DNA from: Macrostomum hystrix
Lineage: Eukaryota; Animalia; Platyhelminthes
Reading direction: 5' to 3'
Assembly (NCBI GenBank): GCA_950097015.1
Contig: CATNEN010000015.1
Coordinates: 620,001 to 684,000, forward strand
DNA: 64,000 bases
In this document: in pieces, positions 1-11,980 of the stretch
Numbering within the stretch: the first letter of the stretch is position 1
Layout: every line of letters starts with the position of its first letter
Made by a program: the position numbers and the translations under genes
Notes under the pieces: generated by a model
Database searches by the model: none
What the model was told of the DNA's origin: nothing
The model's input: only the letters and a program-made list of their open reading frames with translations

Positions 1-1297
1 ATCAGCTGCAATCACTGCGTGCAGTTTTGTAGCCTGACAGAACTTTTATTGAAAGCCCCATTAGCGCCTAAGCGATGTACTTTTATGCTTTTCTCATGAT
101 TTAGCAAATGGACGAGTGACAGAGAAAATGAACATGGTAGCCATTTTTTTCTGCTGAAACTTTATTGCGTTGAACTTTTATTAAATCGATCAATTAGCAG
201 AAAAAAATCATTTGATGGCAACGAAACAGCTAGCAAATAATGAACAATGACCAAACATGAGCTCTGTGACACCGCAGAATGGCCAACAATAACATATGGG
301 GGAGTTTTTACAATCAGGCTCAATCTTCACAAACTTTAATTTCTGGAGGCCAATGCAGAGAGTAAAAATAAAAATCACATGACAATTCAATTTAGAATCT
401 GTGAGACACAAAATATACACCGAATGAACACGAAATCAGCTCTACCACAACAGCTGGCAGAATCGGTCAATACAGTCTATACACCAGCGCATTTAAATAA
501 AAAAGAGCACAAAAGCACGGAAAAGCGTAAAATATTTTTTGTTTTAATCCACGAAAATTCTGATTAAACACAGCGGAAACAACACTGGGAAATTAATAGC
601 GAATTTTGCAGTTTTTTAATTGTGCAAATTAATAATGCACAGAATGAAAATTACTCTTGCTTGAATTTGAATTCGTGCGCAAAACCTGCAGGTTTCGGCG
701 TTTATAACAAAAAAACTGCTGAGGGAGCGAGAATTGATGAAACGGCGCAAATAAATGGACGCACGAGAGATTATTTCGGAATACTCAAATTGAAATTACG
801 TAAAAATTTTACGACTTGGATGCTGGTCATTCTATTCCGGGTGGCGCCGAGAATTCTGGAACTTCTATCATCGTCAGTTTATTGAGGACAGGAAGGGAAG
901 TGTGAGACAGAAGCTCACAACAGCAGACGGGTCGAAAAGTACATCTCGGAGTGTACACAGCTTGGCATGTGACAATCGGTGTACATCCGACAGAGTTAGA
1001 CCTTACCCTAGGGGAACGCGAAGGGAGGGATGGGGAGAGGGGAAGGAGTTTAGGAGACAGGGGGGATTTCGCATCCCAGGCCAGAAGGCGACTCCGCGCA
1101 GTTCAATTTGAAATCGGATCATCGCCGTCTCTCGGCTGGGATCTTCGCAGTTAATCTAATCAAGAAGGCCGTAGAATGAACCCGGGTCGATGAGAGTTTG
1201 CTTGAATAGAGCCATGATCAATTGAAGTTTAACTCTGGCTGGCTTTGAAGATCGGAATCTAAACTTGCCTAATTGGGATTTGTCAAAAGCATCTCGA

Positions 1298-2382
1298 TCA
1301 GTGCTTCGATACCCAGCTGTCTTCGACATAACCGCAGCCGTTGTTGACTTGGCTTCGCGAGCCGCGGTTGGAGCCGCAGCTCTGCCGCAGCCGGACATCG
1401 GCAGCCGCCGCTGTTGTCGCCGACACGGAGTTCGCTCGCCAGAGCAGCGCATTGCCGAAGTGGTCTCCGTTGCCGCCGTTGATCTCGTGGCCGGTGAGAC
1501 CTCGGCTCAGCGTGAAGCGCTCCTGGATCTGGCGCTGCAGGCTCACGGTCTCCTTGCTGGTGGTCAGGTAGTAGAGGAAGCGCTTGATGTCCTTCAGACT
1601 TGGCCCGGCCACCTCCACGCGCCGCAGACCGTCTGGAAGGTCCTGCGCCTCTTCAACAGGCAGCAGCCGCAGGGTGCAGGAGTGCCGCCTGGCCAGCAGG
1701 GTGACAATGGTGTCGAACAGGAAAGACTCGGTCTGGGCCAGATTCCAGGTGCGCACGTGGAAGAAGTAGAAGGCCCGCTGGCTGCGGTCGCGTCGAGGCA
1801 CTGGCAGGGGACTCTTAGGCGGCGGTCCGTCGCGGGGTCTCGAGAAGGTCCGGCACCGGCGGCGCAGGCTGGCCTCTTGTCGGACTTCGCCGATGCGTCT
1901 CTGCTGGCTGGCGTTGCCGTGGTCGGAGGCGCTGCGGCCGAGGTCGCCGGAACCGTCGCCGCCAAGCAGCTTGCTCGGACAGGAGTCGCGACGTTCTCGA
2001 CGCCGCCGACTGCCCCGCCGTTCGCTGTCGTCGTCCAGCAGATCTAGGCCGTCCTCGGGGTCCAGCTCACCGAACAGGTGCAGCTTCTCGAGTCCCTCGA
2101 CAAGCGAACGGCGCTGAGCGAAGTAGCGCGGCCGGTACAGCACGGTCGGGTGGCTGTCGATCACCTCGTAACCGCGGCCCGGGTTGGGCGACTGTGACAG
2201 CGCCGGCAAGAAGCGCAGCCGGGGCAGGTCGCGCGACTTGCGGCTGCGACTGCGGCTCTTGCGTAGCGTCACCTTGAACTGCGAGTCCTCGCTGCAGGTG
2301 CTGTTTGTTCGACGCATGAATTGCACGATCGAAGTCAGGCTGCCGATTGCTCCGGGAACACGCGAAGGCTGCGGCTGCTGCG

Positions 2383-2424
<42 letters not shown>

Positions 2425-3025
2425 GATTCCAGCAGTTTTTAATTGGGGTCTCAGAGAGCTGCGATTCTCTGGCAATTTGCGCCGCCGCTGGCCTCACTGG
2501 CGGCGTTGGCGGCGGCGTCGGTATCGGCTGGTTCGGTCGAACCTCGGCATCCGCTGGCACATTCGTGACGAGCTGCGGCAGCGAACCTACTTCGAAGGCA
2601 AACGACAGCCGATTGGCCACAGTGGCAAAGCGCTGCGAGCCGACGCTGCTCCTGCGGTCGTCCAAGTGGCTGCCAGGCATCGGGGGTCCCTGGCCGGGCT
2701 GAGTCGGGTAGAAATAGCTGCCGTAAAAGTCGGCGCGCGGCGCGACGCCGGTTGGCGGCTGCTGCGGCTGAAACGGCGCCGGAGGCTTCCTGGGGCTGAG
2801 GCCATAGCTGCCGTGTGCGGGGCAGATGAGCTGCGGCCGACGGCGCAGAGCCACCGGTCCCGTGTCGCAGCCGGGTCGCCAGGTCGCCGCCGCTGGTGCC
2901 GGGGCGTAGCCACCGATGTGACTGGACTGGGGCCTGCTGGATGAGCCAACACGAATTGACAGCGGATGCGTCACCGATTTCTGCTGCTGCTGGTCTGAGC
3001 GAGACTTTCTAGAGAAGATGCTCAT
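1298..3025 (-). CDS. 575-aa single-exon protein of unknown function; Pro/Gln-rich N-half with a Q14 tract and a possible degenerate KH-like alpha/beta domain near the C-terminus
   Basis: Long ATG-initiated ORF with GC-rich codons, and in-frame stops upstream of the ATG. The segment TIVTLLARRHSCTLRLLP...RRVEVAGPSLKDIKRFLYYL has KH-like spacing but no GxxG. The fold assignment is an inference. Confidence 0.65.
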
Positions 3026-3829
3026 GACTGCATTGTAGAGACTGCAATTGGGGGAGACATCTCTGTGGCGGTGCTGCTGTCAGAGGCTGACAAAGACTCG
3101 GAGGAAGCAGCTGCCACCCTCCTGTCTGAACGGCTGAGGGCTTCCGAATAGATCGCAGTTTCACTCTGTAGCACCGGTTCTTCCTCGAGAAGAATCGGCC
3201 TGTTTCCTGCCCGCCGGTCTCTTGTTGTATCTCGGGGGGAGGCAGAGCCAGTGGTCGGGGGTTCCTCCGGAGGGAAGGAAATTGAAGAGAAAAAACTGGC
3301 GTTTTCACCCTCGCCCTGAGGAATTTGTGCACCTCGCTGGCGGGGCCCCCGGACTTCGGTGCCGACCACCTCCAAAGGCGGCGTTCGCTGCGTTGGTGAA
3401 AGAAAACACACGCAGGGCTGCTCAACTGCCGCGGGGAACGCTCGGAGGCAGGCGGGGTTGGCTGCAGGAAGGAGGGAAAGTCTGGGGAGGACTTGCGTGG
3501 TTGCTCGTGAGCAGCATTTTTAGCAGCGACAACTCCGCCCAGATACGGGCGGCTGCGCTTATTGGGCCGCAAGGCTGGGAGGGTCGACAGCCAATCAGCT
3601 TGCAGGCTGCAGTGGCTGCATCCCGCGGATACAGGGGGACTGACGTTTACCCAGCCTGTAGCCTTCCCATGCACTCTTTTCCCACTGCAGTCTGCTAAGC
3701 ACAAGCTCTCGCCAATGCACTTCTACCGCCACATGCTCAGCTGCGCCTCCCTCCGACGCTCCATTCAGCCATGTCAGCAGCAGCTGCTTTTTGAGGGGCC
3801 AGACTTCCCTCCGACTGATTTATCCCCAC

Positions 3830-3879
<50 letters not shown>

Positions 3880-3892
3880 ATCTATCTATCTA
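3830..3892. repeat. (TATC)n microsatellite
   Basis: Read directly from the sequence. Confidence 0.97.
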
Positions 3893-4061
3893 GATTTCAC
3901 CTTTCGGGATTTCACCTATCGGGATTTTACCTATCGGAATTTCACCAGCAGTCTGAGCTGCCCCGCCTGTCAAGATCCTTTTGGGGTTCCCACAGAAAAA
4001 TCCTCAGTCTCAAACTCAGGACAGGCCGCTACATCATCAATCAAATCTTTTGAAAGGCCAG

Positions 4062-4863
4062 ACATCTAACTCCACACCTCAGCCCTCAGCCATCAACTCC
4101 ACACCTCAGGACCTCAGCCATCAACTCCACACCTCAGGCCCTCAGCCATCAACTCCACACCTCAGGACCTCAGCCATCAACTCCACACCTCAGGCCCTCA
4201 GCCATCGACTCCACACCTCAGGCCTTCAGCCATCAACTCCACACCTCAGGACCTCAGCCATCAACTCCACACCTCAGGCCCTCAGCCATCAGCCATCAAC
4301 TCCACACCTCAGGCCCTCAGCCATCAGCCATCAACTCCACACCTCAGGCCCTCAGCCATCAGCCATCAACTCCACACCTCAGGCCCTCAGCCATCAGCCA
4401 TCAACTCCACACCTCAGGCCCTCAGCCATCAGCCATCAACTCCACACCTCAGGCCCTCAGCCATCAGCCATCAACTCCACACCTCAGGCCCTCAGCCATC
4501 AGCCATCAACTCCACACCTCAGGACCTCAGCCATCAGCCATCAACTCCACACCTCAGGCCCTCAGCCATCAGCCATCAACTCCACACCTCAGGCCCTCAG
4601 CCATCAGCCATCAACTCCACACCTCAGGACCTCAGCCATCAACTCCACACCTCAGGCCCTCAGACATCAGCCATCAACTCCACACCTCAGGACCTCAGCC
4701 ATCAACTCCACACCTCAGGACCTCAGCCATCAACTCCACACCTCAGGACCTCAGCCATCAACTCCACACCTCAGCCATCAGCCATCAACTCCACACCTCA
4801 GGACCTCAGCCATCAACTCCACACCTCGGGCCCTCAGCCATCAACTCCACACCTCAGGCCATC
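4062..4863. repeat. Minisatellite, 28/35-bp unit CAGCCATCAACTCCACACCTCAGGCCCT (plus an optional CAGCCAT)
   Basis: Direct tandem copies; explains ORF 3981..4868. Confidence 0.95.
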
Positions 4864-5324
4864 AGTGAGTCCCAAAGGTTCAAATGTGTATTGTAACGAA
4901 CATCAGCCATTGTCCAACAACTCTCCAACTGTCTTTAGCAATAGAAACTCTGCTTGATTGTCTCCAGGCCTAGCACTGAGTGGCTCTGATGAAAGGGAAT
5001 CAAGAATTTCTGATATCCGATTCAGTGGCCTCCAGTTCTTGGGAGCAGAGCGGTGAAGCTGAGAATCTAGCAGCAGCAGCAGCATTGGCTGACAAAACGG
5101 GCACGCCTGGTCCGCTTCAGATGGGCCGGAAAAAAGCTGCACTTTCCCACGATTTAGCGGCGAGCAGAACATTGACAAGGGCAGCTGTGGTGCCTCTGTG
5201 TTGTAGATCTGGTTTCTCAATATTGAATGATTTAGCCTAGTAGATCTTGGACCTGTCCAGCTATGTTGTTGGGATAACCTTGCTTTCTACTTCTTCTGCC
5301 TATTTCTATTGTCCATTTCTGCTA

Positions 5325-5690
5325 TCTACTTCCGCCTGTCTACTGTCTACTCCCGCCTGTCTACTGTCTACTTCCGCCTGTCTACTGTCTACTTCTACTG
5401 CCTACTCTCTACTTCCGCCTGTCTACTGTCTACTCCCGCCTGTCTACTGTCTACTTCCGCCTGTCTACTGTCTACTTCTACTGCCTACTGTCTACTTCTG
5501 CCTGTCTACTGCCTACTCCCGCCGGTCTACTGTCTACTTCTACTGTCTACTTCTACTGTCTACTTCTACTGTCTACTTCTACTGTCTACTTCTACTGTCT
5601 ACTTCTACTTTCTACTTCCGCATGTCTACTGTCTACTTCCACCTGTCTACCGTCTACTTCTACTGTCTACTTTCATTTTCTACTTCTAAT
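5325..5690. repeat. Degenerate CTACTGT/CTACTT-based minisatellite
   Basis: Direct tandem copies. Confidence 0.9.
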
Positions 5691-5892
5691 GTCTTCTTAT
5701 CATGTCTACTTGCCTACAATTACCTCTTCTATTCCGTCAGTCTACTTCTTAGTGAGTATCAAGGTCCTTTTACTTCTACATCTGTTTCTGAGCACGCATT
5801 TAGACTGGGCTATTTTCTCGAGCATTCCTCCACTTTCAGAGACCGTGGATGCAAATTCATTCCGGATTCAAAGCCAATCGAAACTGACTCAC

Positions 5893-6040
5893 CTCACCCT
5901 GTTGCTGCCTAGCACCAGACTGCAGTTCCCACTCTGCAGCCTCTTCAGGAACTCTTCAGCGGAGTTCAGGTAGATGGTAGATTGACAGTCTGCAACCCGT
6001 ATCGTGCGATCCCAGATCCCAATTATCCCACTTTCAATGA
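5893..6040 (-). CDS. Candidate internal coding exon (148 nt): IESGIIGIWDRTIRVADCQSTIYLNSAEEFLKRLQSGNCSLVLGSNRV
   Basis: Branch-like CTAAT followed by gctgtAG acceptor, open frame, perfect AG|GTGAGT donor. Parent gene unresolved. Confidence 0.35.
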
Positions 6041-6309
6041 CTACAGCTCATTAGGATATCACACCTGCCTATGTGGGCTCATTGTGAAAGTGTTGAAATG
6101 ATTCAACTCTATTTCATCAGAGTGTGAGGTCATGAGGTCATGCCATAAATAGAACTTCTAAGTTGACAAAAAGGTTTTCAAACTAGACCAATAAAGGTCC
6201 TCTGTTCGAATCTCAGACCAAGGAAGACAGTCAGTTTCTTTGAGCAAGATACTCCAGTTTTGTTTTAACTTAGCCCCTTAGAAATAATAAAATTTGCAGG
6301 AGTTTTCAG

Positions 6310-6562
6310 GGCAGCACTCCATTTGGTGACACTAGACCCCTGAGCACACACACACGCAGGTGTGTACATCTGCCCTGACTTTCTCATCGTCAGGCAGTGT
6401 ACACTCGCACTGTGCCTTGGAGGTTGGCCCTCAACGGCCTAAATTGCACGACAAGCCCCCAAGCCTTCTCTCCGCGGCTGCGCCCCAAATGAATGCGGCC
6501 TCGCCGCGGAATCGAGCTCAGGGACCTTGGCGCGAGCGTTAACCGCTCTGCCACTGACCCCC
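6310..6562 (-). mobile_element. tRNA-derived SINE family A, copy 1 (internally deleted)
   Basis: On the minus strand: A box TGGCAGAGCGG and B-box-like GAGCTCGATTCC. Body matches copies at 30.5, 34.7 and 59.6 kb. Confidence 0.85.
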
Positions 6563-7162
6563 TTAAATTTGATTGGCTGATGAGGTTTGGCCAGAGCGGA
6601 ATTCCTTTGTTTAATTTTCTAAAAATAGCAACAGAATTTAAGATCGCGGATTTGACTGAAATTGACTGACTGGGTTGGGCCTGTCGAGTGGTCGCAAGTC
6701 CATGTCTCCGTCACGGGATGTACATTTGCCTGCATGGCCACCCAAAAAGCCGTCAGTGAAGAGGCCGCGTTGCTAATCGAATTTTCGTGTGGCTCCCGCA
6801 GTCAGGCAGTTTGTGTCCTTCAGCCCCCGGACTGAAATGCATAAAAGAAATCATCCGCGAGACTTCAAGAGCTTGGCAACTGCACGGCAACCCTGCCGGA
6901 CATTGTGCGGTCTCGGGATCAAGATGCCGCTGCTTGACAGCTCCCCGGGGAATCGAGGGGTCTTAGCGGAGGGGGCGGGCGGCATCCCGACTCTTTTCAG
7001 ATCCTCCACTGGGATGCTCTGGCAAATCCAAAGCCGTGGGGCGCCCGAGACATGCAAATTTTCATCGGGTTGGGGAGTCAAACGTTTGCAGCGGGTTGGG
7101 AGGCCGCGTTTTCGGGAATTGAGGTCAGGCGAGGCAGGACTTGTTCTGAATGATGGAATATT

Positions 7163-7730
7163 AGGGATGGGGAGATTAGAGATGGGAAGATTAGAGATGG
7201 GAAGATTTGGGATGGGGAGATTAGAGATGGGGAGATTAGGGATGAGGAGATTAGGGATGAGGAGATTAGGGATGAGGAGATTAGAGATGGGAGATTAGGG
7301 ATGGGAAGATTAGGGATGAGGAGATTAGGGATGAGGAGATTAGAGATGGGAGATTGGGGATGGGAAGATTAGGGTTGAGGAGATTAGGGATGAGGAGATT
7401 AGAGATGGGGAGATTAGGGATGAGGAGATTAGAGATGGGAGATTAGGGATGGGAAGATTAGGGTTGAGGAGATTAGGGATGGGAGATTAGGGATGGGAAG
7501 ATTAGGGATGAGGAGATTAGGGATGAAGAGATTAGAGATGGGAGATTAGGGATGGGAAGATTAAAGATGGGAGATTAGGGATGGGAAGATTAGGGATGAG
7601 GAGATTAGAGATGGGGAGATTAGGGATGGCAAGATTAGAGATGGCAAGATTAGAGATGGCAAGATTATGAATGGGATGGGGAGATCAGGGAGGGGAGATT
7701 AGGGATGGGAAGACTAGAGATTGGAAGATT
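7163..7730. repeat. Purine-rich ~15-bp minisatellite (GAGATTAGGGATGGG)
   Basis: Direct tandem copies, many containing TTAGGG. Confidence 0.92.
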
Positions 7731-8368
7731 TTGGATTGATATTTTTGGGATAGGGACATTAGGGTTGGGGAATTGAGGAATCTGGCGATTAGGCTTGGGA
7801 AGAGATTAGGAAAGGTATAACTAGGGATGGAATAAATAAGGATGGGAGATTTGCAATGGGATAATTAGCGCCAAGAAGAATGGGATTTGACTGGGAACAT
7901 TGGAAGGGACGTGTGCAAATGCGTAGTCGATTTTGTTTTGAGAAGATTGGATACAGAACATTAAATGTTTATCCCAAAAATCCCAGGTCAAAGGAGGTCT
8001 TGAATTCGATTTCCAAGCCTCTCACTGTGCCGAGCTCCCAAAGCAGATGCGCCACTAATTTTGATGAAAATGATTTCCTGCAAAGCCTGTGCTTGTCCTG
8101 CTGCTGCTGTTGCTGATGCTCTTGTACCTTGGACTTCACAGCACCTTCCCAGAAGCACCTGTGACCAAGGATTGCAAAACAACAGCCCCATCTGATAGGA
8201 AATTGCATAAAGGGTTCTCCACTCATCTTCAGATACAAAACCCTGGCAAATCCTGGCCAATTATATGGCGACTGGTGCAGTTATTTGTTAGAATAATTAC
8301 CTGCGCTAGGATGGGGTTCTTCGATTCAATAATAATCCCATTAGAGAGACGATAGCAAGCAGAAACTA

Positions 8369-8698
<330 letters not shown>

Positions 8699-9128
8699 TC
8701 ATGAAGTGACTCTGGCGTTACCATATCTTGACACGAGAGTAGAGAAAGATGGTGATAAATTTCTCAAAGCCCTTCAGTCGAGTGTCCCATGGCGTGTTTA
8801 ATGCTGCATCTCAGAGTTCAAATATTCTGCAGGCGTGGCAGCAACAGGTCCGAGTGGACAGCTCCTTGGATGAGTTCAATAATTCAGGCCCGAGAGCTGC
8901 TTGAGGTCACGGCGATAAATATTTTACTGCCAGGGATGGGCCTGTGAAGTGCTCTGTGCAATGGGCCTCTGAGGAATCCCACTGCAACAGCTGATAATCG
9001 TCTGCAGTTCACTGGCTGTCCCAGGAGACTCAGGGCCAGGAGCAGGACAGACTAGTCCGAGACTGAAATTCTAGTGCGATTTTGTGTTTTGGGTATTGCT
9101 TGGCTATTGTCTCGGAGTTTCGGGAGAC

Positions 9129-9543
9129 AGCCAGACACCTATCATATGCAGACAGACACCTATCATATACAGACAGACACCTATCATATACAGACAGACA
9201 ACTATCATATGCAGACAGACACCTATCATATGCAGACAGACACCTATCATATACAGACAGACACCTATCATATACAGACAGACACCTATCATATACAGAC
9301 AGACACCTATCATATCCAGACAGACACCTATCATATACAGACAGACAAATATCATATACAGACAGACACCTATCATATACAGACAGACACCTATCATATA
9401 CAGACAGACACCTATCATATACAGACAGACACCTATCATATACAGAGAGACACCTATCATATACAGACAGACACCTATCATATACAGAGAGACACCTATC
9501 ATATACAGACAGACACCTATCATATACAGACAGACACCTATCA
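9129..9543. repeat. 21-bp minisatellite ACAGACAGACACCTATCATAT
   Basis: About 19-20 direct copies. Confidence 0.96.
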
Positions 9544-9745
9544 GGCAGGCGGCGGGCAGGCAGGCGGGCAGGCAGGCGGGCAGGCAGACAGACAGACAGG
9601 CAGGCGGACAGACAGGCAGACAGACAGACAGACAGGCAGACAGACAGGCAGACAGGCAGGCAGACAGACAAGCAGACAGGCAGGCGGACAGACAGACAGG
9701 CAGGCAGACAGACAAGCAGACAGACAGGCAGATGACTGACAGGCA
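9544..9745. repeat. (GGCA/GACA)n compound tetranucleotide microsatellite
   Basis: Read directly from the sequence. Confidence 0.93.
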
Positions 9746-10449
9746 GATGATGTAGCTGAGATGGCATTTATGTCATTTATCTTGCATTGCCTAATCGAAT
9801 TGCCAAATCCTAAAGCTAAAAAGCTTGTCACTCAGCCGGTGAACTGAAAGCAGTGCCAGTTAAGTCTAGCAAAAGTGACAGCTGACACACCGGTGACTCA
9901 TCCACTGCTCCTGTCAGCCATTGATGAAGTGCCGTGTGATTCGCGAACTGTTTCTGCTGCTGCTGCTGCTGCTGAATTTCGCGAGTCACGCAGATTGCTA
10001 GTTGCTAAGGGCTTTAAGGAAAATGTTGACAATGTTTTTCTTCTAAATTTCTTCAGTACACTGGCGCTGATTGACGTATTGAAGATGCCCCTTAAACATG
10101 CAATTGGACTGGAGGCACAATCAGAGCGAATTCCGTTTTAAAACTATTTTTATCCAAAACTTCCAAATTATAGTTTTGTATAAACTGTTCCAGCTAGCTA
10201 CTGGTAAATTCATTTCTAAATTAATTTCCTTGATTCTATTAGAGTGAAATTTGTTAAAACTTATTCTTGGGTTCAAAGATGCACTCTCGTTAAACAGATT
10301 CCAGTAAATCGGCCATCTTGTCGTTTGAGAAATCATTAAATAGAATCTTAAATTTGTATTTGCGCCAATCCTGAAGGAAATGGGAGAATTGGGAATTCAT
10401 TGTTTGGGGAATGAGATATTTTAGAGGCAGGGCTTGGAGAAATTGGTGA

Positions 10450-11950
10450 TTCGAGAGTTGGTGTTTGGGGAAATGGGAGTTTTGAGAATTGGTGCTTGGG
10501 GAAATGTGAGATTCGAGAATTGGTGTTTGGGGAAATGGGAGTTTTGAGAATTGGTGTTTGGGGAAATGGGAGATTCGAGAATTGGTGTTTGGGGAAATGG
10601 GAGTTTTGAGAATTGGTGCTTGGGGAAATGGGAGATTCGAGAATTGGTGTTTGGGGAAATGGGAGTTTTGAGAATTGGTGCTTGGGGATATGTGAGATTC
10701 GAGAATTGGTGTTTGGGGAAATGGGAGTTTTGAGAATTGGTGTTTGGGGAAATGGGAGTTTTGAGAATTGGTGTTTGGGGAAATGGGAGATTCGAGAATT
10801 GGTGTTTGGGGATATGTGAGATTCGAGAATTGGTGTTTGGGGAAATGGGAGTTTTGAGAATTGGTGTTTGGGGAAATGGGAGATTCGAGAATTGGTGTTT
10901 GGGGAAATGGGAGTTTTGAGAATTGGTGTTTGGGGAAATGGGAGTTTTGAGAGTTGGTGTTTGGGGAAATGGGAGTTTTGAGAATTGGTGTTTGGGGAAA
11001 TGGGAGTTTTGAGAATTGGTGTTTGGGGAAATGGGAGTTTTGAGAATTGGTGTTTGGGGAAATGGGAGTTTTGAGAATTGGTGTTTGGGGAAATGGGAGA
11101 TTCGAGAATTGGTGTTTGGGGAAATGGGAGATTCGAGAATTGGTGTTTGGGGAAATGGGAGATTCGAGAATTGGTGTTTGGGGAAATGGGAGATTCGAGA
11201 GTTGGTGTTTGGGGAAATGGGAGATTCGAGAATTGGTGTTTGGGGAAATGGGAGTTTTGAGAATTGGTGTTTGGGGAAATGGGAGATTCGAGAGTTGGTG
11301 TTTGGGGAAATGGGAGTTTTGAGAATTGGTGTTTGGGGAAATGGGAGATTCGAGAATTGGTGTTTGGGGAAATGGGAGATTCGAGAATTGGTGTTTGGGG
11401 AAATGGGAGATTCGAGAATTGGTGTTTGGGGAAATGGGAGTTTTGAGAATTGGTGTTTGGGGAAATGGGAGATTCGAGAATTGGTGTTTGGGGAAATGGG
11501 AGTTTTGAGAATTGGTGTTTGGGGAAATGGGAGTTATGAGAATTGGTGTTTGGGGAAATGGGAGTTATGAGAATTGGTGTTTGGGGAAATGGGAGTTATG
11601 AGAATTGGTGTTTGGGGATATGTGAGATTCGAGAATTGGTGTTTGGGGATATGTGAGATTCGAGAATTGGTGTTTGGGGAAATGGGAGTTTTGAGAATTG
11701 GTGTTTGGGGAAATGGGAGATTCGAGAATTGGTGTTTGGGGAAATGGGAGATTCGAGAATTGGTGTTTGGGGAAATGGGAGTTTTGAGAATTGGTGTTTG
11801 GGGAAATGGGAGATTTAGGAAGCAGTGTTTGGGGAAATGGGGATTTAGGAAGCAGTGTTTGGGGAAATGGGGATTTAGGAAGCAGTGTTTGGGGAAATGG
11901 GGATTTAGGAAGCAGTGTTTGGGGAAATGGGAGATTTAGGAAGCCAGTTT
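10450..11950. repeat. 31-bp minisatellite TTGGTGTTTGGGGAAATGGGAGATTCGAGAA
   Basis: About 48 direct copies; the terminal variant GGAAGCAGTGTTTGGGGAAATGGG recurs at 23.7 kb. Confidence 0.96.
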
Positions 11951-11980
11951 GGGGAGATAAGGCTGGGGGGGATTAAGTTA

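Noticed and set aside
1156-1452. Alternative C-terminus ORF for the 575-aa gene
   Set aside because: No convincing splice or frameshift links it, and the main ORF closes normally at 1298.
1265-2944. Plus-strand ORFs (including a polyC/polyL frame) antisense to the 575-aa gene, and similar shadows over FAM193 and the toxin gene
   Set aside because: Antisense shadows of GC-rich coding sequence and CAG repeats.
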